A program made the position numbers and the translations under genes. The notes beneath the pieces were generated by a model. The model was given only the letters and a program-made list of their open reading frames with translations, was not told the DNA's origin and made no database searches. Of a DNA stretch of 64,000 nt, positions 27,957-36,801 are shown one piece after another. Each line of letters begins with the position of its first letter. Position 1 is the first letter of the stretch. This stretch comes from Treponemataceae bacterium (GTDB lineage: Bacteria; Spirochaetota; Spirochaetia; Treponematales; Rectinemataceae), in the NCBI GenBank assembly GCA_963678065.2, contig CAXXVZ010000003.1:2016001-2080000 (forward strand), written 5' to 3'.

Positions 27957-28676
27957 TCAGTCCAGATCGGAGATCGCCGTCTTGAGTCCGATTTCGGCCA
28001 TGGCAGCGAAGGTGGTCTGCCTTTCGGCGCTTGAGGTCGCTTCTCCCGAGACAAGGTGGTCGCTGACGGTCAGGATAGCCAGAGCGTCGACGCCGTGTTT
28101 CGCGGCAAGCGTATAAAGCTCGGCCGTCTCCATCTCCACGGCGAGAACTCCGAAGCCGGCCCAGAGTTTCCACTGATCAGGGTCTTCGGTGTAGAACGAA
28201 TCGCTCGAAAGGATCGGGCCGATAAAAGGCATGCGCCCGGCACCGAGAGCCGCAGTCCGGGCAGCCATGAGCAGCTTAAAAGAGGCTGTGGCGGCATAAT
28301 CCATCCCACGGAAGCGGACCTTGTTCACGGCCGAGTCGGTCGAAGCGCTCATCGCGAGAATCAGGTCCCTCACTTTGATCTCGGACCGCATTCCGCCGCA
28401 GGTTCCGACTCTGATCAATCGCTTGACACCATACTCACGGATAAGTTCGTTGACATAGATCGAAAGGCTCGGCATCCCCATTCCGGTCCCCATGACCGAG
28501 ACGCGCCTGCCATTGTAAGTTCCGGTGTAGCCAAATATGTTCCGCACCTGGGTGAAGCATTCCGCACCCTCGAGCATAGTGTCGGCAATGAATTTGGCCC
28601 TGAGAGGATCTCCCGGCAGAAGGATGCTTTCGGCTATCTGCCCTTCACGGGCAGCGATATGGATGCTCATGGTCAC
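27957..28676 (-). CDS. deoD: Purine-nucleoside phosphorylase (DeoD type)
   Basis: [37 protein letters not shown]. Confidence 0.95.
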   Translation of the reverse strand: MTMSIHIAAREGQIAESILLPGDPLRAKFIADTMLEGAECFTQVRNIFGYTGTYNGRRVSVMGTGMGMPSLSIYVNELIREYGVKRLIRVGTCGGMRSEIKVRDLILAMSASTDSAVNKVRFRGMDYAATASFKLLMAARTAALGAGRMPFIGPILSSDSFYTEDPDQWKLWAGFGVLAVEMETAELYTLAAKHGVDALAILTVSDHLVSGEATSSAERQTTFAAMAEIGLKTAISDLD

Positions 28677-28764
28677 CTTCCTTTGTTCTCAGATGGTACG
28701 GCAGATCATACGGATGATTGTAAAATATCCACCGTTATGGGAAAGTATACTCCGGGAGTAAAAA

Positions 28765-29514
28765 ATGGAACAGTACGAAATTTTATATGAAGACGAAGAC
28801 ATCATTGTTGTCGACAAACTCGGCGCGATGCCTGTCCAGAAGGACAAATCGGGTGACGCAAGTCTTCAGGATATGCTCTCTGCCGAACTTGCGTCACGCA
28901 GTGAATCCGCCAGTGCATCGGAGGAAGTCTTCCTGGAAGCTGCACACCGGGTAGACAGGCGTGCATCGGGAGCAGTCATCTTCGCCAAGACAGCCAAAGC
29001 CCTCTCTACTCTGGAGGCTGCTTTCAGGGCACGCAAGGTCACCAAATTGTACGTTGCCTGTGTGGAGAAGGAACCCCAAGCTCTGGAGGGCAAGCTTGAA
29101 CATATTCTCGTTGTGGATAAGAGGACAAACATCACCCGGGCCCTTCCGCTCGACCTCGTTCCTCCTACGCCCGAAGCGAACCGCCTGTTCAAGGCCGGAC
29201 AGCGTTGTTCTCTCCATTACACGATGGCCTGTCGTTCAGACAGATACTTCTTCCTCGACGTGAAAATCGAATCGGGCAAACACCATCAGATACGCGCGCA
29301 GCTCTCGGCCGCAGGATACCCCATCCGCGGTGATCTGAAATATGGCGCGCGTCGGTCCTGCCCCTCCGGCAGGATCATGCTCCATGCCTGGAAGATAGCC
29401 TTCAGCCAGCCCCGGACGGGAACCCGCGTAGAAATCACCGCACCCTTCCCGGCGGATGAGCCCCTGTGGAAGGTCTACGAAACGGCGGTCATGCCGGGGG
29501 AAAGCGTTCTCTGA
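28765..29514 (+). CDS. RluA family pseudouridine synthase
   Basis: ILYEDED..VVDK, HRVDRRASG (catalytic Asp), GKHHQIR, PIRGD.KYG, LHA. Confidence 0.92.
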   Translation: MEQYEILYEDEDIIVVDKLGAMPVQKDKSGDASLQDMLSAELASRSESASASEEVFLEAAHRVDRRASGAVIFAKTAKALSTLEAAFRARKVTKLYVACVEKEPQALEGKLEHILVVDKRTNITRALPLDLVPPTPEANRLFKAGQRCSLHYTMACRSDRYFFLDVKIESGKHHQIRAQLSAAGYPIRGDLKYGARRSCPSGRIMLHAWKIAFSQPRTGTRVEITAPFPADEPLWKVYETAVMPGESVL

Positions 29515-29613
29515 GGGGAACTGCCATCTCTGTCTGAAGTCGGGCATTCTCAAAATGGAAACAGAGGCGAGGGCATCTGCCCCCGCCATCGTGGAAAAAC
29601 CGCCCCTTCCTGT

Positions 29614-30531
29614 TCATTTTCCGCCCTTGAATCGCAAATTCATCCAGACAAGTATGGGCAGTATTCTTTGTTCCCGGCCAAGCACTGTGTCGATCAGAGC
29701 CAGATTTTCCAGAGCGCAGTCGTTTGTGAGTGCTGTTCCCAAACCTGCGGCGTAAACCTCGCAGACAAGTTCGGCCCCTTCTGTCCTGGATCTCGTTTCG
29801 TCTTTGTCGACCCAGAGACTGGTCGTCATGTCCGGAAGTGCCGATGTGTCGTCCTTACAGTGCTCGGTATATGCAATCTTGCCTTTCTCGGGAAGTGAGT
29901 ATCCTCCCGATGCGGTGACAACCCCTCCTTCTGTCACCTTGAAGGATTCCTTTCCAGTGGATTTCCACTCTTCGGTTATAGTCTGTCCGACAGCCTCGGT
30001 CTGTACTGAAACAACCCCTTTGGGCGACTTGGCATAGCTGCGCGTCCATCCGTCACCACGAACTTCGACACCTGTGGGCATAGTTCTGGCAACGGCATAT
30101 TCTGCGGACATTCCCTCCGAGGATATGGATATGAAGATCTCCTCGCCGGTCCGCACAAAGGAAAACACACGACTCACCGTGAGTCCCTCGAGTTTTCTCT
30201 CGGAAACGATCGCTTCAGTCAAAGTCCCCGACGATGTGCCATTAAAGCCGTACACCAGCGTATCGAAGCCGTTGGGCCGCATGAATCCGGAACCACCGTG
30301 GCGATATACGATGAAGACAGCCTCGCTCCGGCGAATCAGTTTTGGCAACAGGAGGGCTGCTTCCGGTTCCGGCTTTACGGGGACCACGGCAGGAGTCTTG
30401 TTTGGGGCACGGGATCCAGCGATGGTCGTGGTTGTAGTAGTCGAGGATTTGACCGGAGTCTTGACGGCCTGATCCGCCGCATGAGTCGAGTAAACCGACA
30501 GAACCATGAATATGAACAGAAAAACTCTCAT
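29614..30531 (-). CDS. Exported hypothetical protein, paralog A (candidate immunity protein)
   Basis: Signal peptide MRVFLFIFMVLSVYSTHA and a Thr/Pro-rich linker; similar to the two upstream ORFs; ATGA overlap with paralog B. Confidence 0.7.
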   Translation of the reverse strand: MRVFLFIFMVLSVYSTHAADQAVKTPVKSSTTTTTTIAGSRAPNKTPAVVPVKPEPEAALLLPKLIRRSEAVFIVYRHGGSGFMRPNGFDTLVYGFNGTSSGTLTEAIVSERKLEGLTVSRVFSFVRTGEEIFISISSEGMSAEYAVARTMPTGVEVRGDGWTRSYAKSPKGVVSVQTEAVGQTITEEWKSTGKESFKVTEGGVVTASGGYSLPEKGKIAYTEHCKDDTSALPDMTTSLWVDKDETRSRTEGAELVCEVYAAGLGTALTNDCALENLALIDTVLGREQRILPILVWMNLRFKGGK

Positions 30532-31070
30532 AGAAAAACTCCTGGTGTTCCAGAACAAAAAACAACTGCCCCATTCTCAGGAAGGTACTCCGCCTTAAGG
30601 ATACCCGTGGAGAAGAACTCGATTCCATTCGCGTCCGGTCTCAGAGTCCCTATTTCTTCAGACCCTCCGGGTCCTCCGAAGATTACTTCTATTTCATCTC
30701 CAGCCCGTGCGAAAACATACCATTCAATCTCCCTCTCTTCATCCATCCCTTGCTCAGAAACCACTACATCTGTAAGTGCCCTCAATGGCATACCGAAAAA
30801 GCTAAATATCAAGCTACCGTGGTCGTGCACAGGGGAAAAACCGGGAACGGAGTATCTATATGCTGGAGGGATGTCCTGGTTTGGCTGGACAAAGAGGGGA
30901 ATGAGAATTGCCGCTTCGGCTTTCCGGAAAAACCCTTTTCTATTAAGGTCCGCGCGTGTAGGGTCGGGTTCATTGCTATAAACAGCTATCGAACAGGTTG
31001 CGGCTAGGAGAATGGAAATAAAGTATCCCTTGATGAAAATGATATTCCACCTGTCTTGAGAATTGTGCAT
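30528..31070 (-). CDS. Exported hypothetical protein, paralog B (short; N-terminal half only)
   Basis: Hydrophobic N-terminus; EAAILIP...YR...PGF...LIFSFFG...LTDVVVSE...FARAGDEI aligns with paralog A. Confidence 0.62.
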   Translation of the reverse strand: MHNSQDRWNIIFIKGYFISILLAATCSIAVYSNEPDPTRADLNRKGFFRKAEAAILIPLFVQPNQDIPPAYRYSVPGFSPVHDHGSLIFSFFGMPLRALTDVVVSEQGMDEEREIEWYVFARAGDEIEVIFGGPGGSEEIGTLRPDANGIEFFSTGILKAEYLPENGAVVFCSGTPGVFL

Positions 31071-31139
31071 TTTTACTCCAATGAATCAGGTAACCAAGAA
31101 TTACGGCTTTGTCAGGCCTTGTGATTTACTATGCGAATA

Positions 31140-32024
31140 TCAAATTCCATCAAGATAAAATATCGCCAACAAAGGAGTTATTCTGCCTTCCATACGAATG
31201 ACAGTATCGATGAAAGCAATGTTGAACAGGGCATTTCTGCCGTTTTTTACGATACTCTGAATTTCCGCGACATAGAGATCGCCCAATGGTTCAACCTCGC
31301 TGATGGATATCCTGAATTCATTATTTATCTGCCAGATCATCATCTCGAAAATCTCTGCATTGGAAGGACCTGAAACATCCGTTTCGCTATACATGTATTT
31401 GCCTATCTCGCCTGAGAATAATTCTCCCCGAGAATGGTCCTTCCCGTTGATCAGGATTGATGATTTGATATTTCCGATGCTTTGCCATATGGTTTTCATC
31501 CTGTTCTCGGGGGTTCCCTCGGCTACGGAAAATAACGATCCACCGGCAGCGACATACTCTCTGTTCCAATCCTGACCGGAAACGATCACCCCTTCCCGGG
31601 TCTCTTCGATTGTAACAAAAGTAGTTAGGTCCCCATCATTCAGAGAAACAATTCTCGTATCCTTGCCGCCGGGAACAGAGAAATACTGTCCGGAGAGTAT
31701 CTCACCATCGATCATTCTGTTGAATAAACTGACATTTTCGATCCGGCCGGCGGCATCGGTCGCGAAGCGGAAGATGCGGGTATCAAAATGATTGAGGGCA
31801 AGATAGCCTGGATGAGTATGTCTGAACGCAATAAGCCCTGCCTCGTTGCCCATCTTTATTTGTGGGACAATTACCGGCGCGTCGACCTTCGGAACCGGTA
31901 TTCTATCGAAGGCTTCCCGAAAACCACTCTGAGCGAAAACTGGTATGGACAATGCGATCGACAGCACTAGTGAAAGAGAATGCATCACCAAATACTTAGT
32001 CATTGAAATCCTTGCTTTTCCCAT
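31140..32024 (-). CDS. Exported hypothetical protein, paralog C (candidate immunity protein)
   Basis: Signal peptide ending VFA-Q; FRH...GY....FDT and the C-terminal ALFNIAFIDTVI..E.RI.PLL match paralog A. Confidence 0.7.
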   Translation of the reverse strand: MGKARISMTKYLVMHSLSLVLSIALSIPVFAQSGFREAFDRIPVPKVDAPVIVPQIKMGNEAGLIAFRHTHPGYLALNHFDTRIFRFATDAAGRIENVSLFNRMIDGEILSGQYFSVPGGKDTRIVSLNDGDLTTFVTIEETREGVIVSGQDWNREYVAAGGSLFSVAEGTPENRMKTIWQSIGNIKSSILINGKDHSRGELFSGEIGKYMYSETDVSGPSNAEIFEMMIWQINNEFRISISEVEPLGDLYVAEIQSIVKNGRNALFNIAFIDTVIRMEGRITPLLAIFYLDGI

Positions 32025-32108
32025 GTTTCCCCCTAGATACGGAGTGGCAGGTCGAGAGCTTTGTAGCATCGATCGACCGCCACTCACACTCTCATTATTA
32101 AGGCAGCA

Positions 32109-32822
32109 TCAATCGCGATCCAGATCGCGCACATGCAAACTTTGTGCCGTGGTCGTTCTTAGAGATGCAGCCAGCGAGCGATCTGTCATAAGGGTCTGTG
32201 CGAGCCGTGTATTCCCCGATTTTGTCAGAAGAAAGCAGCCATTGGTCAGTCCGGCGAGCTCTCTGATGTTGGAATGACCGGCATAACCGATATCGGAAAA
32301 CTTCCCCAGATATTTCCCGTTCTGGTAGACTTCCACAATTCCTACAGCGTTGGTGTTGATAAAGTAAGGTCCGTACTCGCCCGGATCGGACCTCACTCCC
32401 GTGATTTTCCACAGTCCATCGGGAAAGTCGATAGGTTTTGAGGTCAACCCTGTCATCCCCCTCGTGGCAAGAGCGGAAGCAGCCGTGGGGTAGAATGGTG
32501 CCCGGATGGTATTTTGGATCTTCGCACTGATCGGCAGTGTATAGACTTCATCGGGACGAGCGCCCCACGGTCTCGGATCAGGTTGAGGATCATATACCCT
32601 TACCGTCACCGATGTTCTCATATCGTCCATGTCGACATGTACATCTCCGCCCACAAGTTGTGTCGCTTCGGCATCGGATAGCTGGATGCCGTCCACAAGG
32701 AAGTACTGCTCCGTCAGGTATCCGGAGGGATGGGCGTCATTCGCCACCGGAATCTGAGCGGTTGTGGCTCCAGCGGCGCAGGCCGCGGCAACCATTGCGA
32801 TGAAACAAAGGAATCTGTACAT
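32109..32822 (-). CDS. Secreted protein with GG-leader-like motif and putative L,D-transpeptidase/Tlde1-like (His-Cys) domain; candidate toxin
   Basis: RBS AGGAGG then MYRFLCFIAMVAAACAAG; LSDAEATQLVGG at residues 48-59; FPDGLWKITG...YGPYFI...GYAGH-x12-C (TNGCFLL). Confidence 0.6.
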   Translation of the reverse strand: MYRFLCFIAMVAAACAAGATTAQIPVANDAHPSGYLTEQYFLVDGIQLSDAEATQLVGGDVHVDMDDMRTSVTVRVYDPQPDPRPWGARPDEVYTLPISAKIQNTIRAPFYPTAASALATRGMTGLTSKPIDFPDGLWKITGVRSDPGEYGPYFINTNAVGIVEVYQNGKYLGKFSDIGYAGHSNIRELAGLTNGCFLLTKSGNTRLAQTLMTDRSLAASLRTTTAQSLHVRDLDRD

Positions 32823-32943
32823 CGTGTAACCTCCTGACAGTGTTACGCACGGCAGGTCCCTGTTTGCTTCAAAATTGCGGCAAAAAATGAACGAATCCCG
32901 GAGCAGAGCTCCGAGGTATCGTTCGTTCTGTAAGGAATGGATT

Positions 32944-33017
32944 GTATGTGGGTCCATGCCCGATTGTCACTTCACAAGAAAGAGCGAAGCAGAGCTCCGG
33001 GGTATGGACCCACATGC
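32944..33017 (+). repeat. 18-bp inverted repeat (long stem-loop) in the intergenic region
   Basis: GTATGTGGGTCCATGCCC (32944-32961) pairs with GGGTATGGACCCACATGC (33000-33017), with two G.U pairs. Confidence 0.8.
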
Positions 33018-33135
33018 GAATCAACTCACTGTCATTTTTCCTGAAAAACCTTTCGGAGGCTGCTCATTCGACCAGAATATGGACTCGATGTCGGGAAGGC
33101 TGTCCTCACCGAGGGGCACCATCCCGGAAATTCTG

Positions 33136-33912
33136 TCAAAAAACAGGCTCTACGACAGAGACTCCGCCTGGAATCTGGTAATTGAAGCGCTTCCACTGCA
33201 TGAATGGCTTATTGGCAATAGAAGTCGGCGCGATGACAAGTTCGAAAATCGCGCAGTTGTCCGTCGGGAGCAGGGGTTTCCAGCTTCTCAGTCCGAAAGT
33301 GGTCTTCACGAGCCACTGGAGAAAGCCTCCATGGGAAACGCAGACGATGCTGTTTTTCCCGGAACGGGCTTCATTTTCCAGCACGGCCCACGCGGACATC
33401 GCCCTCGCAAAGAGTGTCTCCGAGTTTTCGGCGCCCGGAACCGCGTTCCAGCTCTCGCCGTCGAAATTCCTGAATGAATCGGGGTATTGTTCCCGTGCCT
33501 GCTCGTAGGAAATTCCGGTGTAGGCCCCCGTATCCAGCTCGACAAAGACAGGATCGACCTGCGCGCCGGATAGCCCGCAGGCGGCCGCGAGGATGCCAGC
33601 TGTTTCCGATGCCCGCACAAGAGGCGATGAAAACACAGCGTCGATCCCCGTGCGGGAGAACCACGCACCGAGGGCGGCTGCCTGGGCGCGGCCGGTATCG
33701 TCGAGGGACAGATCCATCCTCCCCTGAAAAATTCTTCTGGCATTGCCCATACTTTGACCGTGCCGGACAAGGTAGAAGTGAGTTTCGCGGTCGAGTGCGG
33801 AAAAAAAGTCCTGTCCGGCGACCTCGTGCCGTCCGGACAGGATATCCTGGTTTGATGAATGTGCGTCGTGCATAGCTGGGCCGAGTATACCTGTCAGCCA
33901 AGGCTTGGCCAA
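33136..33912 (-). CDS. Histidine phosphatase (PGM family) protein (start uncertain)
   Basis: LVRHGQS, G..QA, SSPL.RA..TA, VSHGG. Confidence 0.92.
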   Translation of the reverse strand: MAKPWLTGILGPAMHDAHSSNQDILSGRHEVAGQDFFSALDRETHFYLVRHGQSMGNARRIFQGRMDLSLDDTGRAQAAALGAWFSRTGIDAVFSSPLVRASETAGILAAACGLSGAQVDPVFVELDTGAYTGISYEQAREQYPDSFRNFDGESWNAVPGAENSETLFARAMSAWAVLENEARSGKNSIVCVSHGGFLQWLVKTTFGLRSWKPLLPTDNCAIFELVIAPTSIANKPFMQWKRFNYQIPGGVSVVEPVF

Positions 33913-35574
33913 CTACGCCGATATGAAGGTATCGCTGCCCCTGCTGAAGTAGGTGTTCACGATGTACAGGGCGATGCCCGTCACTGCGAGCAGTATCGTC
34001 GACATGGCGCTCGCCGTCCCGAAATAGCCGTCCACGACCGAGAGATAGATCTTGATGGGCATCGTCATCGTCTTCCCGACATAGAGGACAATGGAGGCGG
34101 AGAGTTCGTTCATCGAGGTGACCCAGCTCATGATGGCGCCCGAGACGATGCCTGCCTTCATGAGAGGCAGAGTCACCGTACGGAAGGTCCTCCCGGGAGC
34201 CGAGCCGAGATTGATGCCGGCCTCCTCAAGAGAGGGGTCAATCTGTTTGAGGATGGAAGCTGCGGAGCGCACCGAGTAAGGCAGACGCCTGATGAAATAC
34301 GTCAGGATGATGATGACGCCGGTGCCTGCGAGATAGATGGGTTTGCGGTTGAATGCGACGATGAAACCGATGCCGAGCACTGTTCCCGGAATGATGTAGG
34401 GAACCATCAGAAGAGGGTCGAGAATCCTGACCGCAAGATTCCGCTTGCGCGCGATGATGAACCCGAGCATCGTCCCCACGCAGGCGATGAGGATGACGGC
34501 GACGAGCGAGTAACTGAAGCTGTTTATGACCGTCTTGGGCACGTCAAAGAATATCTGCCTGTAGCTGTCCAGGCCGAAGCCCTTGGCGAAGACAGGTCCC
34601 GAGGTCTTCTTGAAAGAGAAGAAGACTATGACGGCCAGGGGCAGGGTCGACAAGGCGACGATGAGATAGCAGACGAGGTGTGCCAGCACCGACTTGATGC
34701 CCTTGAGGTCTTTAACGACCGGGCGGTTCACGAGCATGCTCGAATACTTTCGTCGCGCCGATGCCCATTGCTGGAGGATTATCACGAGGGAGGCGCAGAG
34801 CATGAGTATGATGGACACCGTCGAGGCCATTCCGGGTGTCTCGGCGATCTCGCTCGTGTAGAGGTTGTAGGCCAGGGTGGGCAGAACGAGGTAGTTGCCG
34901 CCGATGATCATCGGAGTTCCGAAGTTGGACAGGGACATCATGAAAGCGATGAGGGCGCCGCCCGTGACTGAAGGCAGAACGAGAGGTATAGTGACCTTGA
35001 AGAAGGTGCGGGCTCCTTTCGCTCCAAGGTTCTCGGAGGCTTCCTCCAGTGAACGGTCGATGGTCATGAGGGCCCCGGCAGTCATGAGGGAAATGAAGGG
35101 ATAATACTGAAGGGAGTCGGCCAGGATGATGCCCAGGGGGCCGTAGATCTGAGGGAGGTTGATGCCGATCGCCGCGAGGGCAAGCCGGAGGAAACCGTTG
35201 CGGCCGAGCATCGTCACCCATGAATAGGCGCCGATGAAGGGTGGCGAGAGAAGGGCGAGGACGGCGAGTGTGTTGAGGATGTTCGATCCCTTGATCCGAT
35301 ACCGGGTCGTGAAAAAGGCAAGGGGTATTCCGAACACGAGGGAAAGCGCGGTTGTCGCGAAGGCTACTACCATGGAATGGGTGAAGGCCCTGATGTAGTA
35401 CATCTTTGACAGGAAAGTCGTCCAGTTGGAGAGCGAAAGGATGCCCGTTTCCTTGTCGGTGAAGCTGAATTTGAATACGTCGAAGAGGGGATAGACGAGG
35501 AAGACGGCGACGACGACAAAGCCCGCCAGCGTCACCAGAGTCCAGACATCGGCCCTCTTTTTGCCGATATTCAT
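33913..35574 (-). CDS. FbpB/AfuB-type ABC permease (duplicated domain)
   Basis: Two EAA loops (SLEEAS.NLGA; SLEEAG.NLG), PPFIGAY.W, FGTP. Confidence 0.93.
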   Translation of the reverse strand: MNIGKKRADVWTLVTLAGFVVVAVFLVYPLFDVFKFSFTDKETGILSLSNWTTFLSKMYYIRAFTHSMVVAFATTALSLVFGIPLAFFTTRYRIKGSNILNTLAVLALLSPPFIGAYSWVTMLGRNGFLRLALAAIGINLPQIYGPLGIILADSLQYYPFISLMTAGALMTIDRSLEEASENLGAKGARTFFKVTIPLVLPSVTGGALIAFMMSLSNFGTPMIIGGNYLVLPTLAYNLYTSEIAETPGMASTVSIILMLCASLVIILQQWASARRKYSSMLVNRPVVKDLKGIKSVLAHLVCYLIVALSTLPLAVIVFFSFKKTSGPVFAKGFGLDSYRQIFFDVPKTVINSFSYSLVAVILIACVGTMLGFIIARKRNLAVRILDPLLMVPYIIPGTVLGIGFIVAFNRKPIYLAGTGVIIILTYFIRRLPYSVRSAASILKQIDPSLEEAGINLGSAPGRTFRTVTLPLMKAGIVSGAIMSWVTSMNELSASIVLYVGKTMTMPIKIYLSVVDGYFGTASAMSTILLAVTGIALYIVNTYFSRGSDTFISA

Positions 35575-36674
35575 GTGTTTCCCCCGGGGGTGACGATCCT
35601 CTGGCCGTTAGCCGGATCGAAGAGCATGAGGGCGGCCGGTGGAATGGCGAATATCACCGTGTCACCCTTGGCCGGAATGTCGCCGGCCTTCGGCCTGTGC
35701 CTGTCGATCACGCAGCGGAAGCTGCCCGACTCGATCTCGAGGCTGGCCACCGAACCGAGGAAACTCGAGTCCGTCAGCCTGCCGCGCACGAGATTCCTGG
35801 CACCCGCATCGGGGACCTCGACGACATCTTCGGGACGGAACGCGACCTTGACAGCCTTGCCTGAATATCCGGCCGGGCTGCAGACTTCGAAGGCGAACGA
35901 TCCGGTTTTGAGTTCATGCATGCCGTTTCCGAGCCCGGCGCCCAGCTCGCCATCAAACAGGTTCACCTTTCCCACGAAGGTCGCGACGAAAAGATTGGCC
36001 GGGTTCTTGTAGACTTCCCAGGGCGCGCCGATCTGCTGGAGCTTGCCTCCCGACACGACGGCGATCCTGTCCGAGATGACGAGGGCCTCCTCCTGGTCGT
36101 GGGTCACATACACTGCGGTAATGCCGAGCTGTTTCTGGACAGCCCTGATCTCGTCCCTCATCTCGACGCGGAGCTTGGCGTCGAGGTTGGACAGCGGCTC
36201 GTCGAAAAGAAGGACGCGGGGCTCGATGGCCATGGCGCGCGCGAGGCCGACACGCTGCTGCTGGCCGCCCGAAAGCTGGTCGGGCGTACGCTTCTCGTAT
36301 CCGGAGAGGTGGACCGATTTGAGAGCCGCGGCGACGCGTTTGTCTATCTCCGCCTTGGAAAGCTTTCGCACGCGGAGACCATAGGCAACGTTCTCGAACA
36401 CAGTCATGTGCGGGAATACGGCATAGTTCTGGAAAACCATCCCGGTATCCCGCTGCCAGGCGGGTTTGTCGTTGACAAGTTCCGTGCCGAGGTACACATC
36501 TCCCTTGTCCTGCCGGTAGAACCCGGCGATCGTCCTGAGAAGCGTGGTCTTCCCGCAGCCGGAAGGTCCGAGAAGGGTAAAGAATTCCCCTTCCTTCACG
36601 AAAAGGTTGATGTCGGAAAGCGCGACCACCTCTCCGAAGCGTTTTTCCAGATTTTCGATGCGAATGGAAGTCAT
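35571..36674 (-). CDS. FbpC/PotA-type ABC ATPase
   Basis: GPSGCGKT, FQNYA.FPH, LSGGQQQR, DEPLSNLD, VTHDQEEA. Confidence 0.95.
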   Translation of the reverse strand: MTSIRIENLEKRFGEVVALSDINLFVKEGEFFTLLGPSGCGKTTLLRTIAGFYRQDKGDVYLGTELVNDKPAWQRDTGMVFQNYAVFPHMTVFENVAYGLRVRKLSKAEIDKRVAAALKSVHLSGYEKRTPDQLSGGQQQRVGLARAMAIEPRVLLFDEPLSNLDAKLRVEMRDEIRAVQKQLGITAVYVTHDQEEALVISDRIAVVSGGKLQQIGAPWEVYKNPANLFVATFVGKVNLFDGELGAGLGNGMHELKTGSFAFEVCSPAGYSGKAVKVAFRPEDVVEVPDAGARNLVRGRLTDSSFLGSVASLEIESGSFRCVIDRHRPKAGDIPAKGDTVIFAIPPAALMLFDPANGQRIVTPGGNT

Positions 36675-36801
36675 TGTGTTCCCCGTTGGCTGAAATGCAA
36701 AGGGCGCGGCGCGAAAGGCACCACGCCCCTTTGTCGTTTCCTGATCACGCGGCAAGTCGGAAGCCGGGATCTTCCGACTTCCGGAGAGCCGCCCGCATGT
36801 T

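Noticed and set aside
32902..33005. Direct repeat pair as a mini-CRISPR or integron attC site
   Set aside because: There are only two 18-nt copies, no cas or intI genes, and no RYYYAAC/GTTRRRY ends.
29512..33125. Possible attachment-site repeats (GAGGGG...CCATC) at the island edges
   Set aside because: The match is too short and imperfect, and there is no integrase, transposase or tRNA nearby.
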